A stretch of 61,575 nt of DNA, counting the filler, from Nemertoderma westbladi (taxonomy: Eukaryota; Animalia; Xenacoelomorpha), in the NCBI GenBank assembly GCA_032718475.1. It is 3 parts of 3 records of this genome, joined end to end, with 100 filler letters (N's around TTAATTAATTAA, not from the genome) between each part and the next. Parts side by side here need not be neighbours in the genome. Positions count along the whole stretch, not along the records: positions 17,402 to 45,849 come from JAUCBJ010007450.1; 2 more parts are not named here. One strand, written 5' to 3'. Below, piece after piece: positions 23,859 through 35,769 of the stretch (position 1 is its first letter; the number at the start of each line of letters is the position of its first letter). The notes under the pieces were generated by a model. The model had not been told where the DNA came from. It made no database searches and saw nothing but the letters and a program-made list of their open reading frames with translations. The position numbers and the translations under genes were made by a program.

Positions 23859-25931
23859 CTATGAACCGTTCTCTACTGTCTCTCCGTCCAAGTAAACGCT
23901 TTTATACCCCAGATGGGTCGGCACAGGCCGACTACCCAATGTCCGCTGATTGGCTACAACTTCTCCTTTCCTATTGGCTAGGGAATGGCTCATTAACTCA
24001 TCCAGTCTTTCCGTCAGCTTCACCTTCTGCTGCATGGCCATTCTCAGCAGACTATGTAAAGTCCGTTTATCGTCCTCAGAGACCCCCAACTGACTCTGCA
24101 ATGATTCAACTCGCGATTCGAGTTGGTCTATACGAGTGGAATATCGCGATCTGGCGACTGCGAAGGACTCTTCCTCCTCCTGCAGCAGTTGCAGTTCCAT
24201 TCGTAAACGAACCATCGTCTCTACCAGAACCGACCTCTCCTGACTATATTTAATTTTGAGTTTATTGAGCGCCGAATCCGATGATATCTTATTACTTTTT
24301 AACAAACTGCGGAGGTTATAAACCTGTTGGCGTTTCTTCGTCAGCAACGATGACAGTTTGTCGGAGTTCTGGAGCTCGGAATCCGGAGTTACTTCCGAGA
24401 ACGACACTGACGGGCTTCCGGGATAATCGGAAAACTTTCCGACTGCCGCTTTTATGAAGTTTATTTCCAAGCGAATATTGGCTAAGAGTTGGAGACAAAC
24501 TGATATGTCGTCCCCACGTTCCCAATATTGATCTACGCTGTTCCGTTCCCTACCGTTCCGATCCACCCCGCTCCTCTCCTCACCGTTCCGTTCCCTACCG
24601 TTCCGATATACCCCGCTCCGTTCCACACCGCTCCCTTCTAGCTCGTTCCGATCCACCCCGTTCCGTTCAACCTCAATCCTTTCCTCACCGTTCCTCTCCC
24701 CACCGTGCTGCCCCACACCGTTGCTCACCTCACCGTTCCGTTCCACCCCGTTCCGCCCAACACCGTTCCTCTCCCCACTGTTCCGTTCCACTCCGTTCCG
24801 CGCCAGGAACCCCCGAAATCTCGCCGCCCCGCTCTCCGATACCACCACCAACGCCTCCCCCCTAGGCTGCTCCCCGACGACCACGCAGACCCTCCTGTAG
24901 ACCTCGTTAAGATCCTCAACAACCCCGACCAACTCGTCGCGGATACACTCGATGAATCCGCTAAACTCCGACGTAACGGAGTCGGTGGGATGGACCCGCA
25001 GGTCTGTGGAACCCGTTGGGTCTGTCCCCGGGCCAGTGGAACCCGCTGGGTCTGTCGGACCAGTGGAACCCGTTGGGTCTGTGTAACCCGTTGGGTCTGT
25101 ATAACCCGTTGGTTCTGTGGAACCCGTTGGGTCTGTGGAACCCGCTGGGTCTGTCGGACCAGTGGAACCCGATGGGTATGTGGAACCCGTTGGGTCTGTG
25201 TAACCCGTTGGGTCTGTGTAACCCGTTGGTTCTGTGGAACCCGTTGGTTCTGTGTAACCCGTTGGGTCTGACTTCAGTCGCTGCAGCTGCGAAACCAACG
25301 AGTTATAGTGGTTCTTATGGTGTTCCATCAGTTTGTTTAGAACTACGAATTCTTTGTCGGCCAACAAGTCGTTATTTGCGACAGACGAGACAATATCTAG
25401 GGTATCGTTATGCGGAGACTCCTGGGATGACCGGGGGTCAACCCCAAGAGAACGCCCGTCGCCCAGCCGCACCCGACCCTCCAGTATCTCGCCTCTCTTC
25501 CGCCGAATCTCAGCCAACTCCAGATCCAACTCGAACTTCTCCGAGTTATGCAACTCGTGCAGAAGGTTGCGCATCAGGGGGCCGCTGACCTTGAGGCCCC
25601 CGACGGGGGGCGCCGGGAGGGGGGAAGGCGACAGCACGTAGCCCGAGTTCTCCGGGGACACCACTTCCAACCACTCACCGCTGACTCCACCATCCATACG
25701 GAAACTCTCCTGGTCGAAGGTTGTCAACGAAGGTTCCGTGAAGTTCAGTCTATCCATCTCCCTTTGTAACGCCCGCCTGCGGTCCCGTTCCGTCTGCAGA
25801 GCCCCAACCGCCTCCTCCCATTGTCGCATAGCAACATCTCGTCTCTCTTTCGTCTCCAACAACTCACTCTTTAGCAACTCGTTTTCTTCCCCTAATCTCT
25901 TCGTCTCGTACTTTATACTCTCGTACTCAAC
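23859..25931 (-). CDS. BicD: Bicaudal-D dynein adaptor, exon 2 (terminal)
   Basis: Acceptor ttttAG|GTTGAGTAC gives [16 protein letters not shown]. Spindly-like motif NLLHEL. The C-terminal cargo-binding coil [16 protein letters not shown]...[25 protein letters not shown] matches BicD CC3. Confidence 0.9.
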   Translation of the reverse strand, partial: VEYESIKYETKRLGEENELLKSELLETKERRDVAMRQWEEAVGALQTERDRRRALQREMDRLNFTEPSLTTFDQESFRMDGGVSGEWLEVVSPENSGYVLSPSPLPAPPVGGLKVSGPLMRNLLHELHNSEKFELDLELAEIRRKRGEILEGRVRLGDGRSLGVDPRSSQESPHNDTLDIVSSVANNDLLADKEFVVLNKLMEHHKNHYNSLVSQLQRLKSDPTGYTEPTGSTEPTGYTDPTGYTDPTGSTYPSGSTGPTDPAGSTDPTGSTEPTGYTDPTGYTDPTGSTGPTDPAGSTGPGTDPTGSTDLRVHPTDSVTSEFSGFIECIRDELVGVVEDLNEVYRRVCVVVGEQPRGEALVVVSESGAARFRGFLARNGVERNSGERNGVGRNGVERNGEVSNGVGQHGGERNGEERIEVERNGVDRNELEGSGVERSGVYRNGRERNGEERSGVDRNGRERNSVDQYWERGDDISVCLQLLANIRLEINFIKAAVGKFSDYPGSPSVSFSEVTPDSELQNSDKLSSLLTKKRQQVYNLRSLLKSNKISSDSALNKLKIKYSQERSVLVETMVRLRMELQLLQEEEESFAVARSRYSTRIDQLESRVESLQSQLGVSEDDKRTLHSLLRMAMQQKVKLTERLDELMSHSLANRKGEVVANQRTLGSRPVPTHLGYKSVYLDGETVENGS
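24535..24800 (-). repeat. Coding 15-bp repeat (NGVER-like) in BicD
   Basis: ccgttccgttccac units; peptide RNGVER/RSGVDR. Confidence 0.85.
25007..25270 (-). repeat. Coding 18-bp repeat ([12 protein letters not shown]) in BicD
   Basis: ggaacccgttgggtctgt units, about 14 copies, frame preserved. Confidence 0.9.
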
Positions 25932-26033
25932 CTAAAATACAAAGGAAATCATAATAAATCAACTTACCAGTTACCATATCCACTGGCAAGTCCCACGTTG
26001 GTGTAGCGGTCGCACTAAGTAAACGATTCTCCG

Positions 26034-27325
26034 GTTAGTTTGTCTTTGTGGGGTGTAAGACTCTAGTGTTTGCGTCTTTATTTAGGGATTAGTAATGTTT
26101 AATTGTTATTATTTATTTATATATTTTATATTATTTATGTTATTATTTATTTAGTATTTATTTATTTTTTTTTATTTTATTTATTTACAACAATTTACCA
26201 TAATACTACACAATACAAGATATTAATGTAATATAATATAATAGTATAATATAATTGAACTTGCATGCACATTGTGCATGCAAGTTCAATTCGAATTTAA
26301 TATAATATAATATGCGCCAAATTAAGTTGGGTTGAGTTGCATGCATATGTAGGCCTAATGATTGTGTAGAATGTAGATGGTAATTGGCCGGGCAGACCCA
26401 TTACGCCAATCACCACGAACATTCAGGCAAACACAGTTGAGAAATACATAGTTCACATTAATTTCACATTTCATATGCTAAAGGAACATAATATCGGTAC
26501 TTACAGGATTAGATCGCATGCAATCGTGCTACTTACAGTTTATCGTTGACAGGGGCAAATTATAAATATGAAAGAATGTACAGTACGTAGATATTATAGT
26601 ACAGTACAGCAGTACAAAAGGACAAGAACAATACAACAAGTACGGTAGATACGTGGACAGAACGTAATGTAATAATAAATTGCAGCTATAAAATTTATTT
26701 GTACTATAGTTATTACGGATGCAATATAAATTTATCATAATGTATCAATACTATATGGTATTCCAAATTCACGTTATAGATTATGGATAAATAGTTTTAT
26801 AGCTTTCTTAAATTTATACAGATTTATTGATTGTCGGACAGTAGTGGTTGGTAGAGCATTCCAGACCTCTGGTGCCATCACTCGTATAGATTGTTTAGCA
26901 ACCAGTAATCGTGTTCGGGGTACTGTGCAGTCATTGTTGGTGGCGGTGTGCGTTCGGTGTTGGTGGATTGTAGATGTGAATGTAAGAAGTGATGTGAACA
27001 TGTCTAGAGGTAGAATCTTTTTTATGTGAGTGTAGCAAAGTGTTGCTACCTGTTTGATGTATATGGACCGTATAGTTAGTGGGTGGAAATTGGGGTTTCC
27101 CTTACTGATTACAATACATTCTGCTTTCTGTTGTAATTTATGTAATGTTTTCAATGTTGTTCGGGTGAGTTAGTTAGTAGGTGACCGAGGTTTTCGTCGG
27201 CGTCTTGGGTGTGAGTATTAGTATAGTATATATATATATATACTATACTAATAACAATTAAACATTACTAGTCCCTAAATAAAGACGCAAACACTAGAGT
27301 CTTACACCCCCAAAGACAAACTAAC
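26034..27325. repeat. ~75-bp inverted repeat pair (26034-26110 / 27249-27325) in BicD intron
   Basis: gttagtttgtctttg.ggggtgtaagactctagtgtttgcgtctttatttaggga.tagtaatgtttaattgttatt and its near-perfect reverse complement. Confidence 0.85.
26774..27170 (-). pseudogene. 3' fragment of a CR1/L2-group LINE
   Basis: IHQHRTH..VPRTRLLVAKQSIRVMAPEVWNALP..FKKAIK parallels the C-terminus of the ORF at 17782. Confidence 0.8.
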
Positions 27326-27382
27326 AAAAAAATAGAATTAGGACATTAAGCCTGAAGTAGTACTCATATATATATATATATA

Positions 27383-27498
27383 CACCATGTCCCGCAATAT
27401 AGTGTCATTTTCTGATGACACGGACCCCCCCCCCCCCCCCCCCCCAGATTTTTCTACAAATCTTTATCATATTGCTTGAAATTTGAAACACAACTAGT
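27383..27498 (+). mobile_element. Family A foldback element, left arm
   Basis: (TA)n-CACCATGTCCCGCAATATAGTGTCATTTTCTGATGACAC + poly-C, matching 2934-3045. Confidence 0.85.
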
Positions 27499-27558
27499 TG
27501 TTTGTAGCTTGATTTAAGTTATTTGACCAATCATAAGAGAATCTATGACACATTTGTA

Positions 27559-30005
27559 TTAAAGTGACACACTGGGCTACAAATGTAGCCCATGGTTTTA
27601 GGTTGGTATAATGATAAAAAATAGTGAACTAAACTACTACACTGTAGGTATATAGTTATTATGTGTGCCATATTATATTGAATTGATAGTAAGTTATTTT
27701 ATAGTGTCTTAGAAATAAATGTACAGTACCGGTACAGTATTATTCGGACAGTCTGAGAGCAGATATTGGATATGTAGGACATACTGTATGAAGTAGCCTA
27801 CTGTATATTATGGATTTACAAACAATAGATCTAGATCAACTTGAAGAAGTAGTTGGGGCACAGGAGGTACACAATAGTAACGATATTGACTGTGACTATG
27901 AATTATACAACTATGAAAACTATGATTCTCATAGTCCTTCAGAATCAGACTCATCCGTGTCATCAGATGTCGAACTCACATCAGACTGCGTAATTAAAGA
28001 TGAAGAATTGAGCGATGATGAAACGTACGTTATATCCAATTCTTCATCAGACTCAGACGAGTATTCTTCGGGGTCAGAAGATTCTAATGTTACAGAAATT
28101 GCAGTTGAAACAATAACTGCCAAATCTGGTACCACATATTCAGAAGAAGAACCACGGCCATCAAAACGCCAAAGGGCAGATATTACTAATTTTACTCCAA
28201 AGAGCTTAGTCTCTCCAGTATCACCAGAGGAGAGCTTCAATCTCTTCATTACTACCGATATGCTCTATATTGTGCTACGTGAAACTAATCGAAGGAGCCG
28301 AGCAATATTTGCTAAACATAAGAGTAAAATGAAAGGTCGCACACATTTATCTTATAACCAATTTACTATCACCGAACTAAATGCCGGAATTGCCATACTG
28401 CTAATGGCTGGTGTGTATAGAAGTGCCCATCAGGCACTTATTGACCTATGCGATCCAATACATTGTCCACCTTTTTTCAAGGCAACCATGGGATATAGAA
28501 GATTTATTTTCCTACTACAATGCTTGAGGTTTGATAATCCGGAGACTAGGGCAGCCAGGAAAGTATTGGATAAGTTTGCTGCCATAAGGGACATTTGGTT
28601 GATGTTCCAAGAACAACTATTGAAATATATTACCCCAGACTGCTATTTGACTGCAGATAAACAGCTTGTGAGTTAGGGTGGTGTCCCAGGTCGAACTTAC
28701 ATGCCTAATAAACCCCATAAATTTGGTGCAAAGATTTTTTGGATAACCGAATCTAGTTCTGGGTTTGCTCTAAAAGGGATGATGTATGGTGGTAAGATTC
28801 AAGGTCGCATTCATGTTGGTCTTGCGACTGACATAGTTATGGAGCTGGCAAAACCATTCTATAATTCTGGAAGGCAAATTACAACAGACAATTGGTTTAC
28901 ATCTCTAGAGTTAGCAAAGGCACTTAAGGAGAAACAATTAACTCTTCTTGGAAGTCTTCTTGGACTCTAAAAGACGTGAAATACCTCAAGAGATACGCTT
29001 GTCTCTAACCAATAAACGGAAAACGATGTCATCCAAGTTTCTTTATAATGAAGTAGATAAGGTTATGTTAGTATCATTTATCCCAAAACCAAACAAGAAC
29101 GTAATACTACTTAGCAGTAGCCACAATCGTTTTGACATCGATTCTGTAACTTCGAAACCACAGAAGATCTTAGATTATAATGCGACCAAGTTTGGCGTTG
29201 ATTTATTAGATCAAAGGGTTGGGCATTTTTCCTATAAACGGAAATGCAATCGTTGGCCAGTGATGATGTTCATGAAGCTGGTGGATATAGCAACTGTAAA
29301 CTCATTTCTCTTAATTAAAAAAGCAAAATCTATACCGAAATTAAATACGAGACGAGACTTTATCAAGGAGTTAGCCCTTTCATTGGGAGAACCTAATATA
29401 CGAAACCGTCTTACCACAGCCCAGCTTCCAAAGCGGTTCCGGCAAGCTGCCGCATTATTCGGAATAGAACTGGCTACACCAACAGCGTCAGTCGCACCTG
29501 GTCCACGCCGATGCACTATATGTCCCAGGAGAATCGATAAGTCAACCAGGTTGCGATGTGACATGTGCAAGCTGCCGGTCTGTAAAGTACATGTACATGT
29601 TAAAAAGTCATCACTATGCACTAATTGCAGCATCTCGAAATGATAGGCCTAGGCCTTTCTATGAAATAACCTAAAACATTGTGGGGGGGTAGATTTATTA
29701 TGTGCACAGCACAGATATTATTACAGTATTAGGCTTATTATTCAGTTATTAATAATGTAATTGGGCACATTATTCTTGTTTTTCATTATTTTATGAATAA
29801 AATATATAGGCCTAATGTACTCGATGTAACTACTAGCCTACCATCACACAACATTTTTTGTTCCCATATTAACCACTAACAGGTTAATTACTATTACAAA
29901 TTTAGAAGAAACTTAACAATTATTCATAAAGCTTCCAATAGGCCTAATAACATAAAATGCAATGGGCTACAAATGTAACCCGGGTGTCAGTGTGAAAAAA
30001 TTTAA
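27559..30005 (+). mobile_element. piggyBac DNA transposon, decayed, in BicD intron
   Basis: Imperfect inverted ends tgacacactgggctacaaatgtagcccat / atgggctacaaatgtaacccgggtgtca. TTAA near both ends (27559, 30002). Exact boundaries uncertain. Confidence 0.75.
27810..29643 (+). pseudogene. piggyBac (PGBD4-like) transposase pseudogene
   Basis: Acidic N-terminus, LRFD, DKFAAIR, ADKQL, YMPNKPHKFG, TDNWFTS, YNATKFGVDLLDQ, RWP, C-terminal Cys-rich domain. Stop at 28674-76 and a frameshift at ~28960. Confidence 0.93.
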
Positions 30006-30019
30006 AACTGTGTCATGAT

Positions 30020-30287
30020 ATGATAAATTACGACTAATGTGAAGAATGGCCACGATGCGGAGGGTGGAGGGTGCGATTTCGCAAAAGACACTTTTTTAAA
30101 ACGTTTATAAAAAAAATTTAAAGGCAAAATCGAAAATTCCGGCTTCATGGGGTCATCGACGGTGAGTGGAACTAGTTGTGTTTCAAATTTCAAGCAATAT
30201 GATAAAGATTTGTAGAAAAATCTTGGGGGGGGGGGGGGGGGGGGGTCCGTGTCATCAGAAAATGACACTATATTACGGGACATGGTG
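30020..30287 (-). mobile_element. Family A foldback element, right arm
   Basis: ...gaaaatgacactatattacgggacatggtg-TATA, matching 5530-5775. Confidence 0.85.
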
Positions 30288-30304
30288 TATATATAATTGC
30301 TAAC

Positions 30305-30874
30305 CTGGTCCGATTTCAGCACTGATATCTGTTTGAGTAAACTGATATTCTCTTCCTCCACCTCGGTAAACTCCTGCAGTAGACTGGCCTCCTTCTCCCT
30401 GGAGCCCTTCAGCTCCGACCGGATCCCCTGTCTCTCCGATTCTAAGCGCTCCGCCAAGGACTCCTTCTCGACCGTCGTGGCCCGCAATCTCTCGTTGTCC
30501 CCTCGCAACTCGTCCATCACACCACGACACGACTTTATTTCCCGCTCTAGCTCCTGTACCTCGGACATAAAGTCGGCCTGCATCGCCTCTCTCTCGCGTA
30601 GCAGCACCTCCTCCCGACTCACTCCGTACTCAACATTCTTCCTGTCGAATACTCGCGATTGTTTCACGCATTCGAGCTCGCGTTTCAGCGCATCGTGCTG
30701 TACTTCCAGCTCCTCGTACTGGAGTTTTAAGGCCTCTTTCTCTTCGAGGACTACCAGTCCGTACTCAGCAGCCTGGTCTTTCTCAACGCTGACTTCCAGA
30801 AGGGCCCTTTCCAACCGCATAAGGTCCGGCGTATCATTGTCTACCGATAGGATATCGTCTTGTGTTATTGACAT
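30305..30874 (-). CDS. BicD: Bicaudal-D dynein adaptor, exon 1
   Basis: CC1 box QAAEYGLVVLEEK; EVEEENISLLKQISVLKSDQ. Phase-0 donor CAG|GTTAGC at 30304 joins in frame to exon 2, giving ~880 aa. Confidence 0.9.
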
Positions 30875-31855
30875 TTGCAACCAATTAAGCTGTTTACTGG
30901 TTTAACTGTTAACAACAAAAATTAATACAGTAGGGCCTAGACAGTAGGCCTACAGCAGTACTGCAGTAATACAGCAATAGGCTAACAACATAAATATTAA
31001 ATACCAGAATACGGTACCACATGCCAGACAGCAGGACAGTGAGGCGAGACAGTCGGACTGGTATAATAAAAATACGCAATAATTTTTATTGTCCGTTTAA
31101 ATCCTTTTTTGTCCTTTTTTTATATTTTTTATGTCCTCCAAAAATCTAATGTTAGGTTCCATGCTACCGGTTTCTCTACTGCTGTTCTCTCAGGCTATCA
31201 GTACCCTGGTACCGGTATTAGTCAGTTAGTATATATACAGATATAGCACTATTTTGCTGTATAGTATGTACAGATGCAGAGATGTAGGCATAAAGCAGGC
31301 ATTTCTGTATTTCAGTATTTTAGTACCGGTACCGGTACTGCTGTAGGCCTACTGCTGTACTGTGTAGCCTACCATTTAAATACGGTAGGGTTAACTCTTC
31401 AAATTCCGGACACCCTGGTCAAATTACGGACAAATTTAAATTTCATTGGTACAAACTACATAACTAATATCTGACTTTGTACAATAGCCTAAATAATTTG
31501 TAGGCCCAGTCTACCAATACTGCATTCACAGGCTGACATAGCCGACTGCGAGGCACACAGACTGACAGACAGACAGACAGATTCAAGCATCACAAAATTT
31601 TCAAAAGATGCTATGTTGATTGCCTATTGCAGTATTGCATCAATTGGTTATTATTTCTGTATTTATTACCAATATATTGATACAGGCTAGCCAAGCCTAC
31701 TAGACTATCTTTTGTGATTTGTCTAAACAGTACTTTTTATAAGACAACAGAACCTGGCTGCCTGGAACCCTTTAGGCCTAACTATATATCTAATATAAAC
31801 TGTAGACCTATTCCAGTAGGTGTATCATTATTAGGACTACTTATTATGACATACG

Positions 31856-34121
31856 ATGGCGCTGGGCTATAATCGCAAGACACAGGATAAATACAAGGAG
31901 GAAGACCTTATTAATGCCGTTAAATTCTATAAATCGTCAAATAGAAATGGGGAACGATGTTCAATACGAGAAGATGCCCAAAAATATAAAATACCGAAAA
32001 GCACATTATCCCAATGGGTGTGTAACAATTTCCGTGGCTCAAAAAACCGGCCATTCAAAAGAGGGCGCAAGCAACATTTTGGGAGAGGAGCCCCATCGAT
32101 AATTGATCCAAACATTGAGAAATATGTAGTATCGGCTCTGATATATCTTGGTGATTGTGGTTGGCCACTAAACCGGGACCAACTAATCCACGTCATAAAG
32201 ACATATTTGTCTTCAACAGGGGAACCAAACCTCTTCAAGGACAACACACCTGGGTATACATGGATTCGCCTATTTGAAAGAAGACATGCTTCTCAATTGA
32301 CCAAGCGCAAACCTGAATATGTAACTATAGCCAGAGCAAAGGGATTGAATCCAACTGTTCTAGATGAATTCTTCATTTTAGTTGGAAATTTAGTGTCTGG
32401 ATTATCCCTGGAAGAGTGCCCCAATAGGTTTTATAACCTCGATGAAGTTGGATTGAGTGTAGACCCAAAGGCAAAGAAATGTTTCTACTCATTAGGGACA
32501 AAGGATGCGCAGTATCTCCTTCCCACTGAAGGAAAAACGAGCTTTAGTGTCTTATTTTGCGGTAATGCGTCAGGTACATATTTGCCGCCGGGAGGAATGG
32601 TTGGTTACAGGGTGAACCAAAAGGAACTACATATAACATCACGGAGAGTGGTTGAATGGAAGGCCATAGTTTCGAGACCTGGTTCCTTTCCACATTTCTT
32701 GAATTTGTTTGATTGAAACCGAAGCCTATGATATTGTTTTACAATGGCCATGGGTCACACATATCTTATGAAGTTGCGATTCGGGCTCGAGAGGAAGGTG
32801 TACATTTAGTTGCTTTGCCACCAAATTCGTCATTTGCATTGCAGCCTTTAGATGTATCTGTATTTGGTCCCGCAAAGAAGGTGTGGTATAAAATCCTGTT
32901 CAGATTTTATAGGGAGAGTCGCCTGACCAAAGTTAAAAAGGAAATCTTCCCAACGCTCTTAGATCAACTTTTCTCAGAGGCCTTTATTAAGAAGCCCGAT
33001 TACATCATTTGTGGGTTCCGGAAATGTGGACTATACCCTGTTGATAGGAATGCCCCAGCAATATCTAAGTTAAAGCTAGGTGATGCCATTGGCTCTATTG
33101 AATCATGTGATGGGCCTACTTTAGATCGCACTGCCTCGACCCCACATGTTACTGGTGAAGTTTCTGTTCCTGAACCAGGAGCTCCTGTTGTGGTTGTTGA
33201 TCAACCAATTCTAGAACCATTAGCTTCAGATATTCTAGCCGAAGAGTCTTTTATCGGACCTATAACTTCCAGCACGGTTGATGATGATGAACCTATTATA
33301 GACCCCACTTTCTTCCTGGAGTACGAGTTACAGGAATTGAATAGATGAATGATGATTGTATTACTGATAATGAAGTGGAACACAATTATACTGTACCTAT
33401 TAACCGATCTTATCAATCAACAGCTTCTGGGGCTGTGTCACCAATTCTCAATAGTGATGACGTTGATATGCGTACTCCAGCTCTGAATGATTGTTCATTA
33501 AAGATACCAACAGAGATGATCCTAAGTCCTACTTCTGTATCCCAATCAATCAACACGTCAATTCAATCCACCCCACCTCCATCAATTCAATCGATTCCCT
33601 TACCAGTAATGTCTTCAACGCCTAATTCAGTTCATTCAAGCAACCATCAAGCTGATCCTGAGAGTCACAGTGAAATCCAATCAATAAATGTATTGTCACC
33701 ACACTCAGCCATGCGATATGCAATTACCAGTGCTTTATGGCCTGTACCTTCTACATCAACGAAATTTGCCTTAGAGAATGCAAAACGTAAACGTACTAGG
33801 GTACAGAAAAAACAAGGCGAGGTATTGACGAGTGAAGAGTCACTTGAGCGCCTAAGATTGGAAATGATCGCTAGACAAGAAAAGAAAACAAAGAAGAGTT
33901 CAACAGCTTCTAAATCTTCAAAGACTACGTCGAGGAAATTGAAAATTAATTATAGTATCTGCTACACCTGTATGCTTGTTGAGCCCCCACTTGAAGATGA
34001 TTCGAGAGAGGAGATAGCAGAATCAATCAATTGGATACAATGTGGCCGATGCAAGCGGTGGTTCCATGAGGAATGCGTTGGTGATATTTCTAATCCATGT
34101 AATGTCTGCCAACAACCATAG
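31856..34121 (+). pseudogene. pogo/Tigger-like DDE transposase with HTH domains and C-terminal PHD finger, frameshifted
   Basis: psq-type HTH (KYKIPKSTL), CENP-B HTH (PGYTWIRLFERRH), NLDEVG, YNGHGSH (D>N), QPLDVSVFGP, GFRKCGLYP, WIQCGRCKRWFHEEC. The element may begin near 31383. Confidence 0.9.
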
Positions 34122-34794
34122 TATCTCTAGAACAACATTGACTCCTTTATATTAGTTTCACTTCAAAGCAATATCCTATGCAGTATAATCTGTTACTATT
34201 TCTACAAGATATTTTAGTTATGATTTACTTTATATATATATATATATATATGTATATATAGGTTATGAATAATACTGTATACAAATTAATTGTTGTATAT
34301 AGTCTAATAGTCAAGTAAGCCTCTCAGTGTATATTTGATAGTATCAGAGCCATATATCATATAAATTCAGCAGGCCTATAATTTTGTTATTATTTTCTAC
34401 GAATTATTTTAATTATTAATTTACTTTTATATAAAGGTATTGAATAATAGTAGTATGCTAAACAACGGGATTGAGACAGCGTCTGCCATAGTCTACCATG
34501 TTAAAGAATTTGCCGAACGGCTCTTGCCCCGCCTACTTACTATGATTACTATTGTTGCCCCACCCACTTACTATGGTTACCATGGTTACCATTGTGCATA
34601 TGTAACATATGTCACCGCTGTGTATATATGTGACATACGCGGTATAAGACCAGTTTGCAGGCGGAAGTAATTTAATTAATTCGTGTCTACCGGTCGGCGT
34701 TTGACCTTGAACCGCAATAGGTAAAACCCAATATAGTAAGTGGGTTGCAGACGTTTGTTATAAAAGTCTTTAACATGATTTGATTATTCTACCT

Positions 34795-35085
34795 ATGGGG
34801 CGAGCCATGAAGTGAGTGATAGCGTCGAAGTGTGAGTGATAGCGCCGAAGTAAGGTTATGACGCAACAACTAAAAAAGGTAAATAAACACAGACTTATGG
34901 GGGCGAGCCGTGAAGTGAGTTCTTCCTCATCCACAACATCATTACCACTACCACCATCACCCGACGTCCCCTTCATTCCTTTCCAACATTGAAAAAATGG
35001 GGCGAGCCATGAAGCGAGTGAAGCCTTAGCATATGGGCGCCATTAATGAGTTGTGGGGCGAGCTACGGCGAAGTAAGGTTATTGT
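34795..35085 (+). repeat. Dispersed subterminal GGGGCGAGC..GAAG repeats
   Basis: Four copies at ~34797, 34899, 34998 and 35055, with gaagtaaggttat shared between two. Confidence 0.7.
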
Positions 35086-35171
35086 ATTTATAATATTATC
35101 ATTATACCAACAAATTTGATTATTATACTTAAATCCATCACCATTACTATTTTAAAATTTCTTCCACCACC

Positions 35172-35612
35172 TCACCCATTTATCCCGCTATCCTCGCTAT
35201 CTACATCCACCACATTATTGCCATTACCTCCGCCACCGCCTAACATCTCTAACATTCCCATCAACATTTCAATCCTTTCTTCCATTGCCTTCTCCCGTGC
35301 GCACCTCTCAGCCTCCTTTGCTCTCCTATCCCCCTCAGCCGCCATCTCCAACTCCCAATCTTCCCCCCACACACTCTTGTTTTTCTTCGCCTCTTCCTCC
35401 ATATAATACTTTTTTTCTATCACCTCCCACGCATTCCTAGGCTCTAACAATCTCTGCACTCGCGCTTCTTCTTTTTCTGTCAAATACATTGCTACCAGTA
35501 TCATTTCGTTCTCATTATCATCTCCATCCTCCACAATCTCATCATCCTCGATACTCTCATCATCCTCTACAATCTCATCCACCACAATCTCATCTTCTCT
35601 AACCACATCCAT
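35172..35612 (-). CDS. Hypothetical acidic/coiled-coil protein (146 aa)
   Basis: ATG-initiated ORF with D/E-rich N-terminus and helical C-terminal half, co-oriented with the 443-aa ORF. Confidence 0.55.
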   Translation of the reverse strand: MDVVREDEIVVDEIVEDDESIEDDEIVEDGDDNENEMILVAMYLTEKEEARVQRLLEPRNAWEVIEKKYYMEEEAKKNKSVWGEDWELEMAAEGDRRAKEAERCAREKAMEERIEMLMGMLEMLGGGGGNGNNVVDVDSEDSGING

Positions 35613-35769
35613 GTATAATATGTATAATAATAATAATAATAAATACCGGTAAATGCGTGTATAATAAATAAATAACTAAATCTATATAACATTTTTATTT
35701 CAATCGATAATTCATTAAACCCACAAATAATAATTTAACCGTTACCATGACACCAACCAGAAACATGGT

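Noticed and set aside
25990-26035. tRNA or tRNA-derived SINE head
   Set aside because: A-box-like motif only; no B-box or cloverleaf
30002-30304. C-terminal part of the 292-aa ORF
   Set aside because: Read-through past the BicD splice donor into a foldback MITE arm
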